Assembly (NCBI GenBank): GCA_030141605.1
Contig: JAQGDQ010000011.1
Location: forward strand, 248,001 to 312,000
Direction: 5' to 3'
Length of the DNA: 64,000 nucleotides
DNA from: Tubiluchus corallicola
Taxonomy: Eukaryota; Animalia; Priapulida
Within the stretch, counting starts at the first letter, position 1. Every line of letters starts with the position of its first letter. Position numbers and translations under genes: made by a program. Shown one piece after another: positions 46,201-57,560 of this stretch. Under the pieces are notes generated by a model. It searched no databases and was not told where the DNA came from. It worked only from the letters and a program-made list of their open reading frames with translations.

Positions 46201-48230
46201 ACAGGTGTGCATAGTTCTCCTGTTCTCAGGGTCAGGACGTACAGGAAGACTGATGATAGTGAAGGTGAGCTAGTAGAAGAGACTATGAAAATCTCTTAGT
46301 ACTTTCCCCACTCTTTAGTGGATTTGCGTATTCCCACTCTGCTTTGTGTAATTGTGTACAAGGCGATGAAGTAATTTAAAGTAAGTTTTGGTGTGCAGTC
46401 ATAGCTGACGTGTTTTGATACTCTCAGTTCATCTGTAATGACAAGATCTCATTCTTAAAACATTATGTTTTGTGCTTATGCAAATAATACCACTAAAGAG
46501 TGCATTTGTGAGCTTTAGTTTTTTTGTTTTTATGATAAAATCTATGCATTAATATAATACTTTTATGTCTAAGATACATTGATTTTTGATTTAAGTAAAA
46601 GTAAATATTTTCTTTATTGCCTAGTACAGTCAAACCTCGTTATAACACCGCCCTTTATAATGCCAACTTCACTTAATGCCCACATTTTAAGCAAAACAAA
46701 ATGTCTATATTTGCATAGAAATGTATGTATTGATGCACTTCTTTATAATGCCAAACTCGCCATAACACCAAGTTTTTGCAGTTCCAATGTAGGCGGTATA
46801 AAGAAGTTTTAACTGTATGTTCTAATTGTATTTGTAATATTCATTCAGCAATGCTTGATATGTTGGCTAAAGCCGTCAGTCACAGGATGGAAGACCAGCG
46901 AGGGCGCCTATCTGCCAAGGACTTGGAGATACCAGACTTCTTACGAGTGCCGACAGCTACACCTGGGAATAGGTAATTATTGTTAAATTTTAATTTACGT
47001 AAACAGTCACATATCAACAAGGCTTAGTCTCTTCGACTATAGTTTTTATTATATAGTTTCATGTGATATGATTTGCACATTATGTACCTTTGAAAAGCGT
47101 TTATTACAACGTGTCGTCATCTAGATAAATGCTTAAACTAATAAATGGCAATATGACTTTAATACGTTTTTGATTCAGACCAATGTATCAGTGTGGAAAC
47201 TTGTTATAGGTTGCCAGTAATGTAGACGTTTTTGGTAGCCTTTAACTTGCATTTAGTTTTTAAATTCTAACAGTCTGTAAAGGATTTTTTATTCGTAGAA
47301 GTTGAGTCACAGATCAGGCAAAATTTTTTCTGATTTCCGATTTTGTGTGTGTATCGACTGTTGGTCTCAAGCATTGTAAAAAGAGAAAACTGGATTTAGC
47401 AGTTTCAGGTATTCACTGAAGTATTTTTTTTCAGAGCAAGTGATAAATATGATGTAATGAAGCCCATTGAAAATATGAGCCAAGAGGGTCGCAGGTCGTG
47501 CCCCGAGCCACGAATGTCAGAAGCTGGAATGCTTGATGTACCTGGTGGAAAACTCAAGTGCATGGATCGTAGTTTTAGTCAGGACGGTGTGCTGCCATCT
47601 CACGCTCAAGCAGAAAAATACTTCGGAAGTCAGCGTGAGCAATCAGTTTCAGTAGAACTGAACGATTCTAGTGTAAATCAAGAGCTGCCTGTGTTAGCAT
47701 TAACTCGTGATAGTAAACCTTCAGATAGTTCATCAATAGACTGTAGTCCGAAAAAGCTGTCCTGCTGCCGTTCTTCTGAAAGCCCGATGGATACCACAGT
47801 TCTGGAAATGCACAGCGGTGACCTTGATTCAACCTTGACCATGGGGTCAAGGTCGCACACGCCTCCGCCACTCACGCCGCCAAAAAACTTGAACGTGAGT
47901 AGTTTGAGCGCTACTGAAGCGCCAAACTTTTCACCACCGACACCTTTGATAACTGTTACCAATGACTCGCCTCCTTTACCAGCAAGACAGAGTTCTTTGG
48001 CGAAAACCCAGGTGTCAACCGGTGATGAAAATTTTACCCGACAATCGTCGAATTCTTCGTACGAGAACGTGAAAATTGTTAGTTACGAAAATGTCAAATT
48101 GCGCAGCTACGCCGTTACCGGTACCCATACGCCCCAGACGGATGTTGTTAGAACACCAGCAAGGGCTCCTTTGCAGGAGCATTCTCTTTCTTTGCACACG
48201 GATGATGGCCCCGTAGAAAGTACTGTTTAA
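22299..48230 (+). CDS. RGS12: Regulator of G-protein signaling 12 / loco-like (PDZ-PTB-RGS-RBD1-RBD2-GoLoco), ~1659 aa
   Basis: Exons 22299-22506 and 23420-23638 (PDZ, GFGF loop), 24752-26769 (PTB: VGYVGSIE..AFCGVCPDDKRFFGLVT..SCHVF), 36132-36212, 38335-38535 (WAVSFERLL), 39263-39349 (FLKKEFSEENIIFW), 39688-39834, 40747-40954 (MKFDCYTRF), 41798-41952, 42505-42610, 43230-43324, 44152-44349, 44812-44991 (RBDs), 46108-46264, 46849-46972 (GoLoco MLDMLAKAVSHRMEDQRG), 47435-48230. All introns GT-AG, phases match, total 4980 nt. Confidence 0.95.
22655..22830. mobile_element. PIF/Harbinger-like MITE
   Basis: ~33-bp TIRs AGGTATGACTCCATGCGCACGTATTGCGTGATGC / GCATCACGCATTACGCGCACATGGAGTCGTAGCT with TAA on both flanks. 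Confidence 0.85.
24081..24457. mobile_element. Palindromic MITE-like element
   Basis: Perfect 21-bp inverted repeat AGGTCAAAGGTTAAGTGTACC (24117-24137 / 24402-24422) plus an outer inverted pair TTTCACAGTTT / AAACTGTGAAA. Confidence 0.75.
28600..28712. repeat. Purine-rich (GA) low-complexity tract
   Basis: GAGAGA/GGAGGG runs. Confidence 0.8.
28977..29576 (+). mobile_element. Kolobok-like non-autonomous element, copy 1
   Basis: TTAA on both flanks, AGGAAAA start, colinear with 35413-35927. Confidence 0.7.
30034..30141 (+). CDS. Candidate alternative first coding exon of a short RGS12 isoform (36 aa)
   Basis: ACTATGG Kozak-like ATG, MALSPNPVGETKSTCYGNTGLKTSCHVADSRSGGLF, then a consensus GTAAGT donor in phase 0, compatible with the acceptors at 33957 and 36132. 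Confidence 0.5.
31754..32244. mobile_element. hAT-like MITE
   Basis: TIRs CAGGGTTGTGAAGTCG / CGATTCCACAGCCCTG; 8-bp TSD GTCGTGAA / GTCGCGAA; internal CCGACTCC subrepeats. Confidence 0.85.
32385..32620 (+). promoter_or_regulatory. CpG-rich candidate internal promoter in RGS12 intron 3 with a full CRE
   Basis: TGACGTCA at 32485-32492 overlapping the palindrome CATGCGT-G-ACGCATG; CpG enrichment relative to the flanks. Confidence 0.45.
33957..35213 (+). CDS. Large alternative (cassette or alternative-start) RGS12 exon, 419 codons
   Basis: 1257-nt open frame bounded by a TTTCGTCTTGCAG acceptor and a GAG/GTAACG donor, both phase 0 like the flanking exons; in-frame ATG at 33966. Confidence 0.75.
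35413..35927 (+). mobile_element. Kolobok-like non-autonomous element, copy 2
   Basis: TTAA|AGGAAAAC ... GTTTTCCT|TTAA: short TIR with TTAA TSD and non-CC termini. Confidence 0.8.
36340..36750. repeat. Degenerate (TTCA/ATTT)n tetramer repeat
   Basis: Repeated ATTCATTC/TTTATTTA units; source of the F/I/H/S-rich spurious ORFs. Confidence 0.8.
40124..40449. mobile_element. hAT-like MITE
   Basis: TIRs TAGGGGTGAGCA / TGATCACCCCTG; internal ATTCGAA subrepeats; TSD poorly preserved. Confidence 0.6.
45301..45741 (+). repeat. Dispersed repeat family A, copy 2
   Basis: Colinear with 8667-9095. Confidence 0.75.
46627..46815. mobile_element. Tc1/mariner-pogo (Tigger-like) MITE
   Basis: TA|CAGTCAAACCTC...AAGTTTTAACTG|TA: TA TSD and CAGT..ACTG termini. 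Confidence 0.8.
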
Positions 48231-49034
48231 GCTATGCTATACTTACCTGCCAACTTTGCTATGCTTGTATATTTGTACAGAAATTTTACTAAATTTTCTA
48301 ACCTTAGTAATGTTTTTACCTTCTAATGCTCTGATTAAATATTGTTTCTTACCTGGTTTGAAATCCTGTACATGTGGAAATTAGTTGTTAAGTTTGCTTC
48401 AGATAAAAGCAAACGATCCTTTTATGATAAATAATTTAGCAGTCAGGTAATATATGTTTATGATATTTAATGTAATGTATAGATGTTACCACATTTATAT
48501 CAAACAAAATGAGGTATTGTAGACTAGTTCTGTTTTTAATAGCCTTTTCATGTTTGTCAAATTGTAAAAAGCAGATGGAAGTGTTTTGTGGTAGGAAGGT
48601 AGGTCTGTTACATTTAAAGTTCAATTAGCAAATATAGATGTGCTTTAAAATACATAGATTGTCTTTTGCTTGTCTTATTGCCAAAAGAGTTGCAAATGCT
48701 TGTTTTGAGAAGTGATGACTAAATTTTATATTAACAAAAATGATTTGATTTGTTTTGATAGTTTTAAAATATTTTTGTTCTGCACTGCTGTAACACCTTA
48801 TTAAGTTGTTGAATGTTTCTCACTTGGTAAGTACATAATGTCTTTGTGCAGCTGTCCGGTATTTCTCCATTTTAAACAAATACTAACTTTTTCATTCCAG
48901 CAATGTAAAAACTTGTGTATTTTAAAATTCCTTAAATTATGTACTAAACTTGATTCGAGCATTCCTATGATAGCAAATCATAATTATTTTTGTACATAAG
49001 TATAATAAAAGTGTATTTATGATAGAAGTTCTTG

Positions 49035-52000
49035 TCATGAGTGTTTTAGAATGCAATTGGTTACTGAAGCACGGAGTCCGGTATACGTTAGATCGCATAC
49101 AGCCGCATTGTTGTCAAAGGTTTCTTCTGCCACTTTGAATTCTGGATTAACAACAACCTAAAAAAACGCACATGATCGGTTATTTCTATAGCATTGAAAA
49201 ACTTAATTAAAGGGGAATTTTAAAGTATGTCTCAAAAACACTTTCCATTCAAAGTTATGTTACTTAGTATTATGCTTGCCTGTTTGAAAAATTGATTTTA
49301 CTAAAAAAGAAAATTCTTGGCAATTTCAAATGTTCCTGCCAACTGGTAAGACGTCGCTGACTCACCATCCCAGTGTGCACCACTTTCTCACTAAAAACTC
49401 ATTATAGATCGTATTGACAACATAAGGTAATTTATACTTTTGCTTAGTTGGGGAAGAGTATGCTACAAATGCTCTGATTATTTTTTCAAACTTTATGCAA
49501 TGTTATCTAAACTTATTTCAAACGACTCGCTGCGCCTAATAGTCGCTGGAGTTCAAATTTACAAGTTTTATGATGGATTGCTGCTAACACTAGCTCTGCA
49601 CGTAATAAAACAGCATGTAAGGGATGCACAATTTCAAGAAGAATTTTTAGAGCTTTATTTATGAAGAGCATTCTTGTGCTTTAAAGGAAAACTTGGCAGT
49701 TTTTGAGATCATATCTGTTATTGACCAGTGGTGTAAAATAAACATTTACTGCCTGTAATAATTACCAAATTGAAGTTCTCAGAAATGTAATTAACAACCA
49801 GTGTTGTAAAAATTTTATCAATTGGAAATATCAGATACATATACTATTTCTTAATTTTTTATATATATATATATTTTATTTTATATTTTATGTATATGTA
49901 TGCACTTTTGCTCTCCCTCAACTACATCCCTGTTAACAGTCCCGTGAGCACAGAGCTCTAGCGATGTCATATTTTCTCAACAGCAGAGCTGTGTTGTGTG
50001 TTTTGAAATACTTTTATGTGACACTATTGATCAGACAAAAATTCAGCAAATTTTTTTACGTTCGCAGGTTCAAGTTTATTGTTTGGCCAACGAGTGATTT
50101 CAATGAGCTGTTGTAGTGCCACACTGGGTGAATATGCAGTTATAGCTTTAAATTAGACACCTTGTGGCTTTGTATAGATGTATTGACTACCAGTGTCCTG
50201 ATAGAACCTTCCATCTGTCTGTCTCCCATCCAGCAGTTTAGTAATTTCATGCAATCTTAATGTGAGTTTAAGTGCTGCAGTGATCATGACTACCACATAC
50301 CAAATAATTGCAATTTGGCAATATTAACGGCGAATCACCAGTTACATCAATAAATTTTGTATTAGCACATCGATTTGTACCTTCAATATATATCGACTAG
50401 GAGTCACATCCGTTATATCAATCCACTGGCAATCTATATCATGCTTGTAGACATCAGCACAGCCTGGTGAGATTCCTAGAAACAATAAAATGCAAAGGAA
50501 TGGAATTGTTGCAGCTTAATTCTGTCCAAAACACTGTGATAAGTCACTTTCTGGTAAACTTGCAGCATAATTATGTATTTCTGTGATTTCCTGGTAGAAC
50601 TCTTTGCCTGTCTGTCTGCCTGTTCTGCAGTAAGACATGACTAGTCGCATGAGTGTTCAACGCTAAGGCAGCTACAAGTGGTGCAAGTCCACCCACTGCT
50701 TAGTTCTTCTTTAACCCTGAGTGTGATAACATTGTTTAGCATCCAGCATGGTCTGAGAGGAGACAAGCAAATAGCATCCTCTAATAACCGTTGTGTTCAT
50801 GGGTTACCTTAATATTTAGGTACTCTGCTACTTCTAAATTATTACTGTATTCTATTGAGTGAGTTATTTATCTCAACCCTTACCTTGATCTCCGTAATTG
50901 GCACAGGAATATTTCGGTCTCGCACCACCCTGACATTCGTTGTCTTCCAAGCAGAAGCTGGCTTTGTGTCCTTCTGCAACACGCTCTCCTGTCAGGAGAT
51001 CTATGACGTCATAGTGTGTGAAAACCTCCATAGAGTGGTGATGTCTAGATCAAGTGAAACAGCCATGAAAACAGCAGCCACAACAACAAAAGCAGCAGCC
51101 GCCGTGATGATGACAACAACAGGAACAACCACAACGACAACAATAGCAGCAGGCATGGTAATTATATTAGCAACAGCAGCAGCAAACTTAAAATGGTAGG
51201 CTTGTATGAGCCCCTATACTGTTCACAGGACTATGTTGTGGTCAGAATAATTCTTCTTCTTTGCTTGATGGCTTTCATTGGTGTAAGAACGACACAAATG
51301 TAAATTTTGTTTTCACAATTTGATTTCAACTTTTCGTAGAGTATTTCAGTGAATCGACGTATGTTGTGAATAATACAGGGCGCGGCAAAATGGCACAAAT
51401 GGAAGAGCAGGAAAAATGGCACATATATTATTTTAAATCTGTTGACTTCTATAATAAAACTAGAATGCGCTCAGTAGAAGACAGATCTCTGCCAACTTAT
51501 TCGTCTGATTCTCCTGACTAAAAAAATTTAACACAAAGCTAAACATACAAAAATGTACCTGTATTGATATTATATAGAGCACATAGACTAGCAAAAGACT
51601 CACAAAATATTTTTTTCATTAAATAGATTTATAATCTATAATGCAGGAATGTTCCTCATAGTGTTTATCTACCTTTTCAACCATTAATTTTGGCAATTGT
51701 AATAAACTGACAAATATATACCTACCAAGTCACCTCATTAGGCTATAGTTAGGTCACAAAAGTTAGGTGGATATAACAAAAAAGAAGTATAAACACTCCC
51801 TCTGAGACCTTCATGAAGTGCTTTGATGAACGTTTTTTTTTGGTACATGATGTTCGGTTAAGTTTTGCGAAAAAGACTCTGCGGAAAGGATCCCATTTTG
51901 GCAGCCTATACCCATCTTTCTTCACAAAGTTTCTTAGAAATCCGTTAGATAATTTTTGTGTAATAGCCATAACAGACAAAAAACAACCAAACAAACTGTG

Positions 52001-55000
52001 TTGAAGCAGAGGTAAAAATAGCTAAAATAATTTTCTCCCCACTGTAATCCTCTAAACACATATTTTACTAAGTGTGCCATTTTTACTTACTTTTCCATGT
52101 TTACCTACGTTTGAGTAACACAAGTGCCACGGTGTTGCGATCTTCACGGGAAATTTTGGAAGCATATAAGCTAACATAGTATACAGCTTACAGTAAAATT
52201 ATATAAAAATGATTATTTCTGCACTTTATAGTTATAAATTATATGATTAATTCTAATCATATAAATTAAACTAGGAGGCGATTTCATCCCAGTAAAGACT
52301 AAAGTCGCGCAACAACAACGGTAATGGGATTGGCAAACTGTATTCCGAGACACCATAGATACTACTGCATTGTCATAGGAGGAAGTTTCACGGGGAGGGG
52401 GGGGTAGCAGAAACCATGAAAGTTGCTCTAGCCTAAGTGATTTCCAAATAAGTGCAAAACAACTGGCCACATAATTATATAAGAGTAAGGCCGACGAAAG
52501 TTCTAAAAAGCAAAATGTTTGTGCATAAATATTTATACTTACAGGCCTATACGTTTACACTTGTTCATATTTTATGCAAATAGTAATAGTCCGAATTATA
52601 AAAACCTTTACTAAGAAAATCATGAGCCAACAAAACACATGCAAAATGTTTGTGTTTTCACTGAGCAAACATTAGTAATAACTTCAGAAATTCATTAAGA
52701 AATGGTAACGCGTAGGCCTATGTGATTTCCTTTTGCAAGCGTCTTTATAACCTTGTCAGTACATTGATGAGCATGTACTTAAAAAGTGTATAAAGTATTT
52801 ACTTGGTTTAATGAACTAAGTTTTATAGACGGTGCTATTATTAACTTTAAATTGTTAAAAATTTAAAACAATTCGCCTACAAAAAATCTTTAATTGCAAC
52901 TAATAAAAAGAGGTGGTGCAGCACGTACGAAATTTTTGAATATTTAAATATAAAATTTTGATAGTTTAAAATAGAATTATTTGCACCGAAAGCAACCAGC
53001 TTTTGTCTTCTCCAATTCGCTTGCCTTGGGAACCAGTGGGATGGCTCCCGCTCCAGACCCTCTACATCTACGATTATTATACTGATTTTTGCAGAATTTC
53101 ATTGTCGTCTCCAGTAGTGCTTGTGTACATGTAAACCAAGACTTACAGATGACATTTGTGCCATTGCCACTTGTGTTTCTCCTGGTGTGGTAGAAAGACT
53201 GCGTGACCAACGTTGACAATTCTTGTGCTGAACCGCAGTAATCGTCTGGTTTTAAAAATCCAATCTAGAAAAATTAAAGCAAGTTACAATTTCTATTGTA
53301 AACACGATAATGTAGAGAACAACACCGGCTTATCTAATAACACTGCTGACCTACATTGCCAACGCACACTGACAAATCTAGTCCCGACCAAATATGGTGC
53401 TCGTATGGTCTCAAGGCTGTTTACATAACAAGCCCATCAGTCACACGTAGGTGAATTAATTGAGTCCTGGTCATTGTAGCCAGGAACTAGTGTGGTCAGC
53501 CGCTAATGTGGTCAATTGCCATTAAAACGTGCAACAAAAACAACGTAATGATTCATATGGCATAGGACAGAGATATAGTCACTGAGAAAAACAGACCGAA
53601 GTCTGTCGACTCGTAAAATGGACCTTTTGTGCTTTTTCACTTGGACCAGAATTTGAAAACGCTCACTGATATTGCTTTTTGTTGGTTACATTTAGTGTTT
53701 TGCGCCCTTGTTAAATTGTCTCACTGAGCAACTCTAAAAAACTGCTGACACCGTCTACGAAGGAGAGTCTGGGCCCAGTTTCACAAAGCCGTCACTAACT
53801 TAGCGGTGTCGTTATTAATAGTTAAGTGAATGTAATAACGACGTCGTTAACTTAGTGACAGCTTTGTGAAACCGGCCCCTGGACTTGAAAGCTTTGCCGG
53901 ACTGAGGACGACAAGTGCATAAAGGGCATAAAAACCAATAACAGATTAAAAATGTTTTAATGAAAAGTTGTTTTAACATTAAAATTATAATATCCTATAA
54001 ACAATGTTTTTAGCCAGCGAGTAATTATCTAGTTATTTATAAGAATGAAGTTAAACTGCTTACTGAAATGGCTTCTATCTACCGCGTAAGCAGATGAAGC
54101 CAGACAGTTTTCCTCCATTGCGCACTGCAAGAAGAAAAATTGCCTGTCCTCCAAATGGGCTGTGCTTTCCAGGAGTTGAGTGTCTATGGTGAGGTCCGCA
54201 AGTTCTGCAAGAATAAGCTTTTAAAATTATTTAGCCTATTCGCGTTCAGACAGTTACTGCAGTGGAAAAGTACGTTGGAAACTGGTTTGTTTTGTTTTAG
54301 GATGGCAACACTTTTGTGACACTATATGTAATGCCAAACGTACTTGTATTCTGAGCAACGCGAGCTGATAGACTGAAACTGTCAATATAAAATAAATTCG
54401 AATCAAAAATCCCAGTGTGTGCTGAACAGACAAGTCCTGAAATGTGGACAAAGCTTTGCTAATAAACAATTTTCTTAGATAAATCATCAGTATTTTTTAT
54501 ATGGGTTTACACTGACTAGTCGTCACATATGCAAAGACGTTCACAACACCTGTTGTAGTAGACAATGGTCAACTAAATGCTGACATGGCTGATGGCGTGA
54601 ATTTCATACAGGCATTAAAATATCCGTGTTTATAGTTTTACAATTACCTTGTGCACATATTACGCCAGCAATATTGTTTCGTCCCGGGCAAAAGACATTT
54701 TCTTTGTTACCATGACTACACTCAAGTAAATTAGTCTCGTTACCGTTGCAGTGTAAATCACTAAGTAAAATTTTCTTCGCGTTTTCACCAAAATCATGAG
54801 ATATCTGAAAATATACAAGTTTGCATAATGCAGCTGCGAATCAGTTAAATCGCACAGTGACTTCATTTCGTTAATTTTCTTCTTTGTGCATAAATGAACA
54901 TATCTTCGAGGAAAACAGGCAAGATCAGCACGGCGAATGAAACCATCCGGAGTGAACCTTTTACGCGAAGCATACGAAGAATTAAGGGTTTCACGGGCAT

Positions 55001-57560
55001 AAGGTTATCTACAAATGAATTGCCTAAACATAAAGGCTATGTACAATTATACACACAGCGGTGTTATTTGATTAAAATTAAATTTAAAAATAAAATATTA
55101 GATTCATGCGCAGGTCAGATTGCCATCAAACTTCTCAGAAACTAATAAAAATGTTGCGGAGTTCTTCAATTTTTGTATGAACTGATCAACAGCGTTTGTC
55201 GTTACTCGCGACTACTCATCATTGAGGCTAACCGCTGATAGAGATCCTGAAACTTTGGACAACGAGAAAATAAGCTGCATATTCTGTCTTACAAGTGTCC
55301 AATTCTATTGTCTAAATGTCCTATACATGCGACCAAATAAACGGACGAGAAAAAGAATGGGGAAGAATTAGCGTAGTGCGGCTGGTGCCATAACCGGCCA
55401 TTTAGCCTACCTGTAAAGCTGACTGCGCATGCTTATATCCCAAATGTCTGCAGGCCACCATTGCGGCAAATATATTCCAGGAGTCTGCACATATGAACCC
55501 CCATGTTCCCGGATAAAATTTAACTTCTAAACGTCCTCCGTTGCTTTTCACATCTCTTTCAATCAGCCGCATTTGAAATGTGTTGCTGGTTTCCTGAAAA
55601 ATTTCCACTAGTACATGAAAGATAGATGGTCAGAGGTCAAGGTCATGACAAAGACTATTTCAGTTTTTATAGCTATAGCCAAAATGCAATTTATACATCA
55701 GCTGGAGCAAAAAATGTGTCAGAATTTAGACTATAATAATAACAGAAATGAGCAGCATACAAAGTTAACATTTGACAGCGTTATATTACAGTGCATTAGC
55801 CTTTGGCTGTGAAAGAAAAAATTGCAGCTTTAGTGGCTTTGAAGTTATGACAGATAGACATTTGCATTTTAAAAAATTAAACATGGAATAATATCAAATA
55901 ATCACCAACTGAAAAACAGCCACGTTCAGCGACTTATCAAGCACTCAGTACATGGAGCAACACAATAAGGAGAACAGCCAAATTTAATTTACAGATTGGA
56001 AACTACCAAAGAAAATAAAGCACTGATTTATTGCCAAGAAACAGCAGGAAAATCTGCCGTTCCCTTAAAGAGAATGTGTGCAACCGCCACGCAAAACCGT
56101 TTGATGCAGAGGAACTAAAAGCAAAAATTGTTGAGTACTGGGACTAAATACGCCTTAAAGAAATGAGAAACTGTGTCAGTTTTTGGAAAAAACATCTTCA
56201 TTAAGTTTGCACCAGGTCTTCACTTGTTTCACTGGCAAGGTACTCAAATAATTTAACAAAGGTAGAACTAACATTTAACACATTTAACGTAAAACGAAAA
56301 CTTGTCATATGCATGTAAATAAACCATAAATTACCAGTGCACTAGCTTCTGATTCTCAAAGGTATTATGCGTGGGGCGACGATATGTGCATTGGTTTTAT
56401 CGTAGCAAATTATGTATAATATTGTTTTACATCTATTGAGAAGAAAGAGCATTACAAAATCAGACGCTTCTTCAGCACTTACTTTTTTTACTGAAATGGC
56501 TTCAGTGGGTAAGGTTGATCTAAGAAGATGACTGCGCGAAGCATTTGCACCATTTGCACATTCAACCCCTGCAGCCTCGCTGACGTCACAATTGCGAACT
56601 CTCCAACCATCAAATCTACATTCAGAAAGAAGCAGCTCTGCACCAGTGCACATAAGGTTGTTCATCCAGATCCTTCCTGAAAATATGTAAAAGTACGATA
56701 GCTGTCAGTTTTTGGCACATAATTTCTTAATTTCTAACCTGACTTATGTCACATAAGTCAGGTTAAAAATTAACAGATTTTCATTTTGTCAATGTCTGGG
56801 AGTCATTATATTTATTTGAAGAAATCCAATAGCCATTTCAGGAATTGAACACGGGGCTGTCCGAATTCCGCACGGAGCACTTACTGTACAGTGCGCTTTT
56901 CTACTCTCCGCTCAGCTGTGAATTTTAAAGCTTATTAGCACGTTTGATTAGACGTCGGAAGAGCATGACAGTCCCAGGGCTTCGTTCCACTTTGGATATA
57001 CCCAGAGTATATTTTTTATCTTTTAGGAATCCTAGAAGTAATGATCTTAAAGTTAAAACTAAGAAGAATTCAGATATTTTGCCTTTTTAAACTGCAGGCT
57101 CGAAGAACCAAAATTTACAAAATTTACCAGAACTTACACGGTATAAAACCGTTGCCTTTCTTGATGTTAGAAGTTGCTCAAAATTCCTTAGACTTTTTTA
57201 ACTTGTAATGTGAAAGAAACACTTCAACGTACGCTTTGCCCTGCCAAACGTAGAATCGTGGGTGTACCTTACCACTCCAGAGAAACCCAATTGTCTGCAG
57301 ACGACCGTCGCTTCCTCCGCGTCAAATTCGTCATCACAAATCGAACCCCACCTCCCAGAGTGATATATTTGTACATTTCCTTCTGAAGCCGTCCTGCCTC
57401 CCACTAGTCTCAAACCGCCCTCGAATCTCGACGATTTTGCTCGAACGTGGAGGGATTTTTCAACGAGATCATCACCTGTTAGTGTGGCACTTGTCAACAA
57501 GATCACATATAGCACCAGAAAGAAACTGTTAACAATTAGACAGTCGTGAGCATTGGACAT
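49035..57560 (-). CDS. LOXL2: Lysyl oxidase-like protein (signal peptide, 2 SRCR domains, LOX catalytic domain), 499 aa
   Basis: Exons 57560-57233 and 56676-56483 (SRCR1), 55593-55411 and 54804-54648 (SRCR2), 54204-54064 ([14 protein letters not shown]), 53264-53147 (RRLLRFS..WQWHKCH), 51044-50884 ([17 protein letters not shown]), 50475-50381 ([19 protein letters not shown]), 49157-49035 ([13 protein letters not shown]). Total 1500 nt. Cu-binding His and LTQ Lys/Tyr present. The symbol denotes the LOXL2/3/4 co-ortholog group. Confidence 0.95.
51060..51185. repeat. (CAA/CAG)n degenerate trinucleotide repeat
   Basis: ACAACA/GCAGCA runs next to a LOXL acceptor. Confidence 0.8.
51458..52016 (+). 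mobile_element. Non-autonomous Helentron-associated (HINE/DINE-like) element
   Basis: 5' AACTAGAATGCGCTCAGTAGAAGACAGATCTCTGCCAAC; 3' ACAGACAAAAAACAACCAAACAAAC..GCAGAGGTAA; subterminal inverted repeat CTCTGC/GCAGAG. It lies between possible Tc1-like ends (TACAGGGCGCGGCAAAATGGCACA at ~51374, TGTGCCATTTT at ~52073). Confidence 0.6.
53772..53878. mobile_element. Harbinger-like MITE (near-complete hairpin)
   Basis: GGCCCAGTTTCACAAAGC.GTCACTAA ... TTAGTGACAGCTTTGTGAAACCGGCCC with CTG on both flanks. Confidence 0.85.
56064..56215 (+). mobile_element. Tc1/mariner transposase C-terminal remnant
   Basis: [46 protein letters not shown] fits the helical tail after the catalytic motif; in-frame stops. 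Confidence 0.6.

Noticed and set aside
50855-51199. 114-aa Thr/Ala-rich ORF
   Set aside because: Antisense to a LOXL exon plus a trinucleotide repeat.
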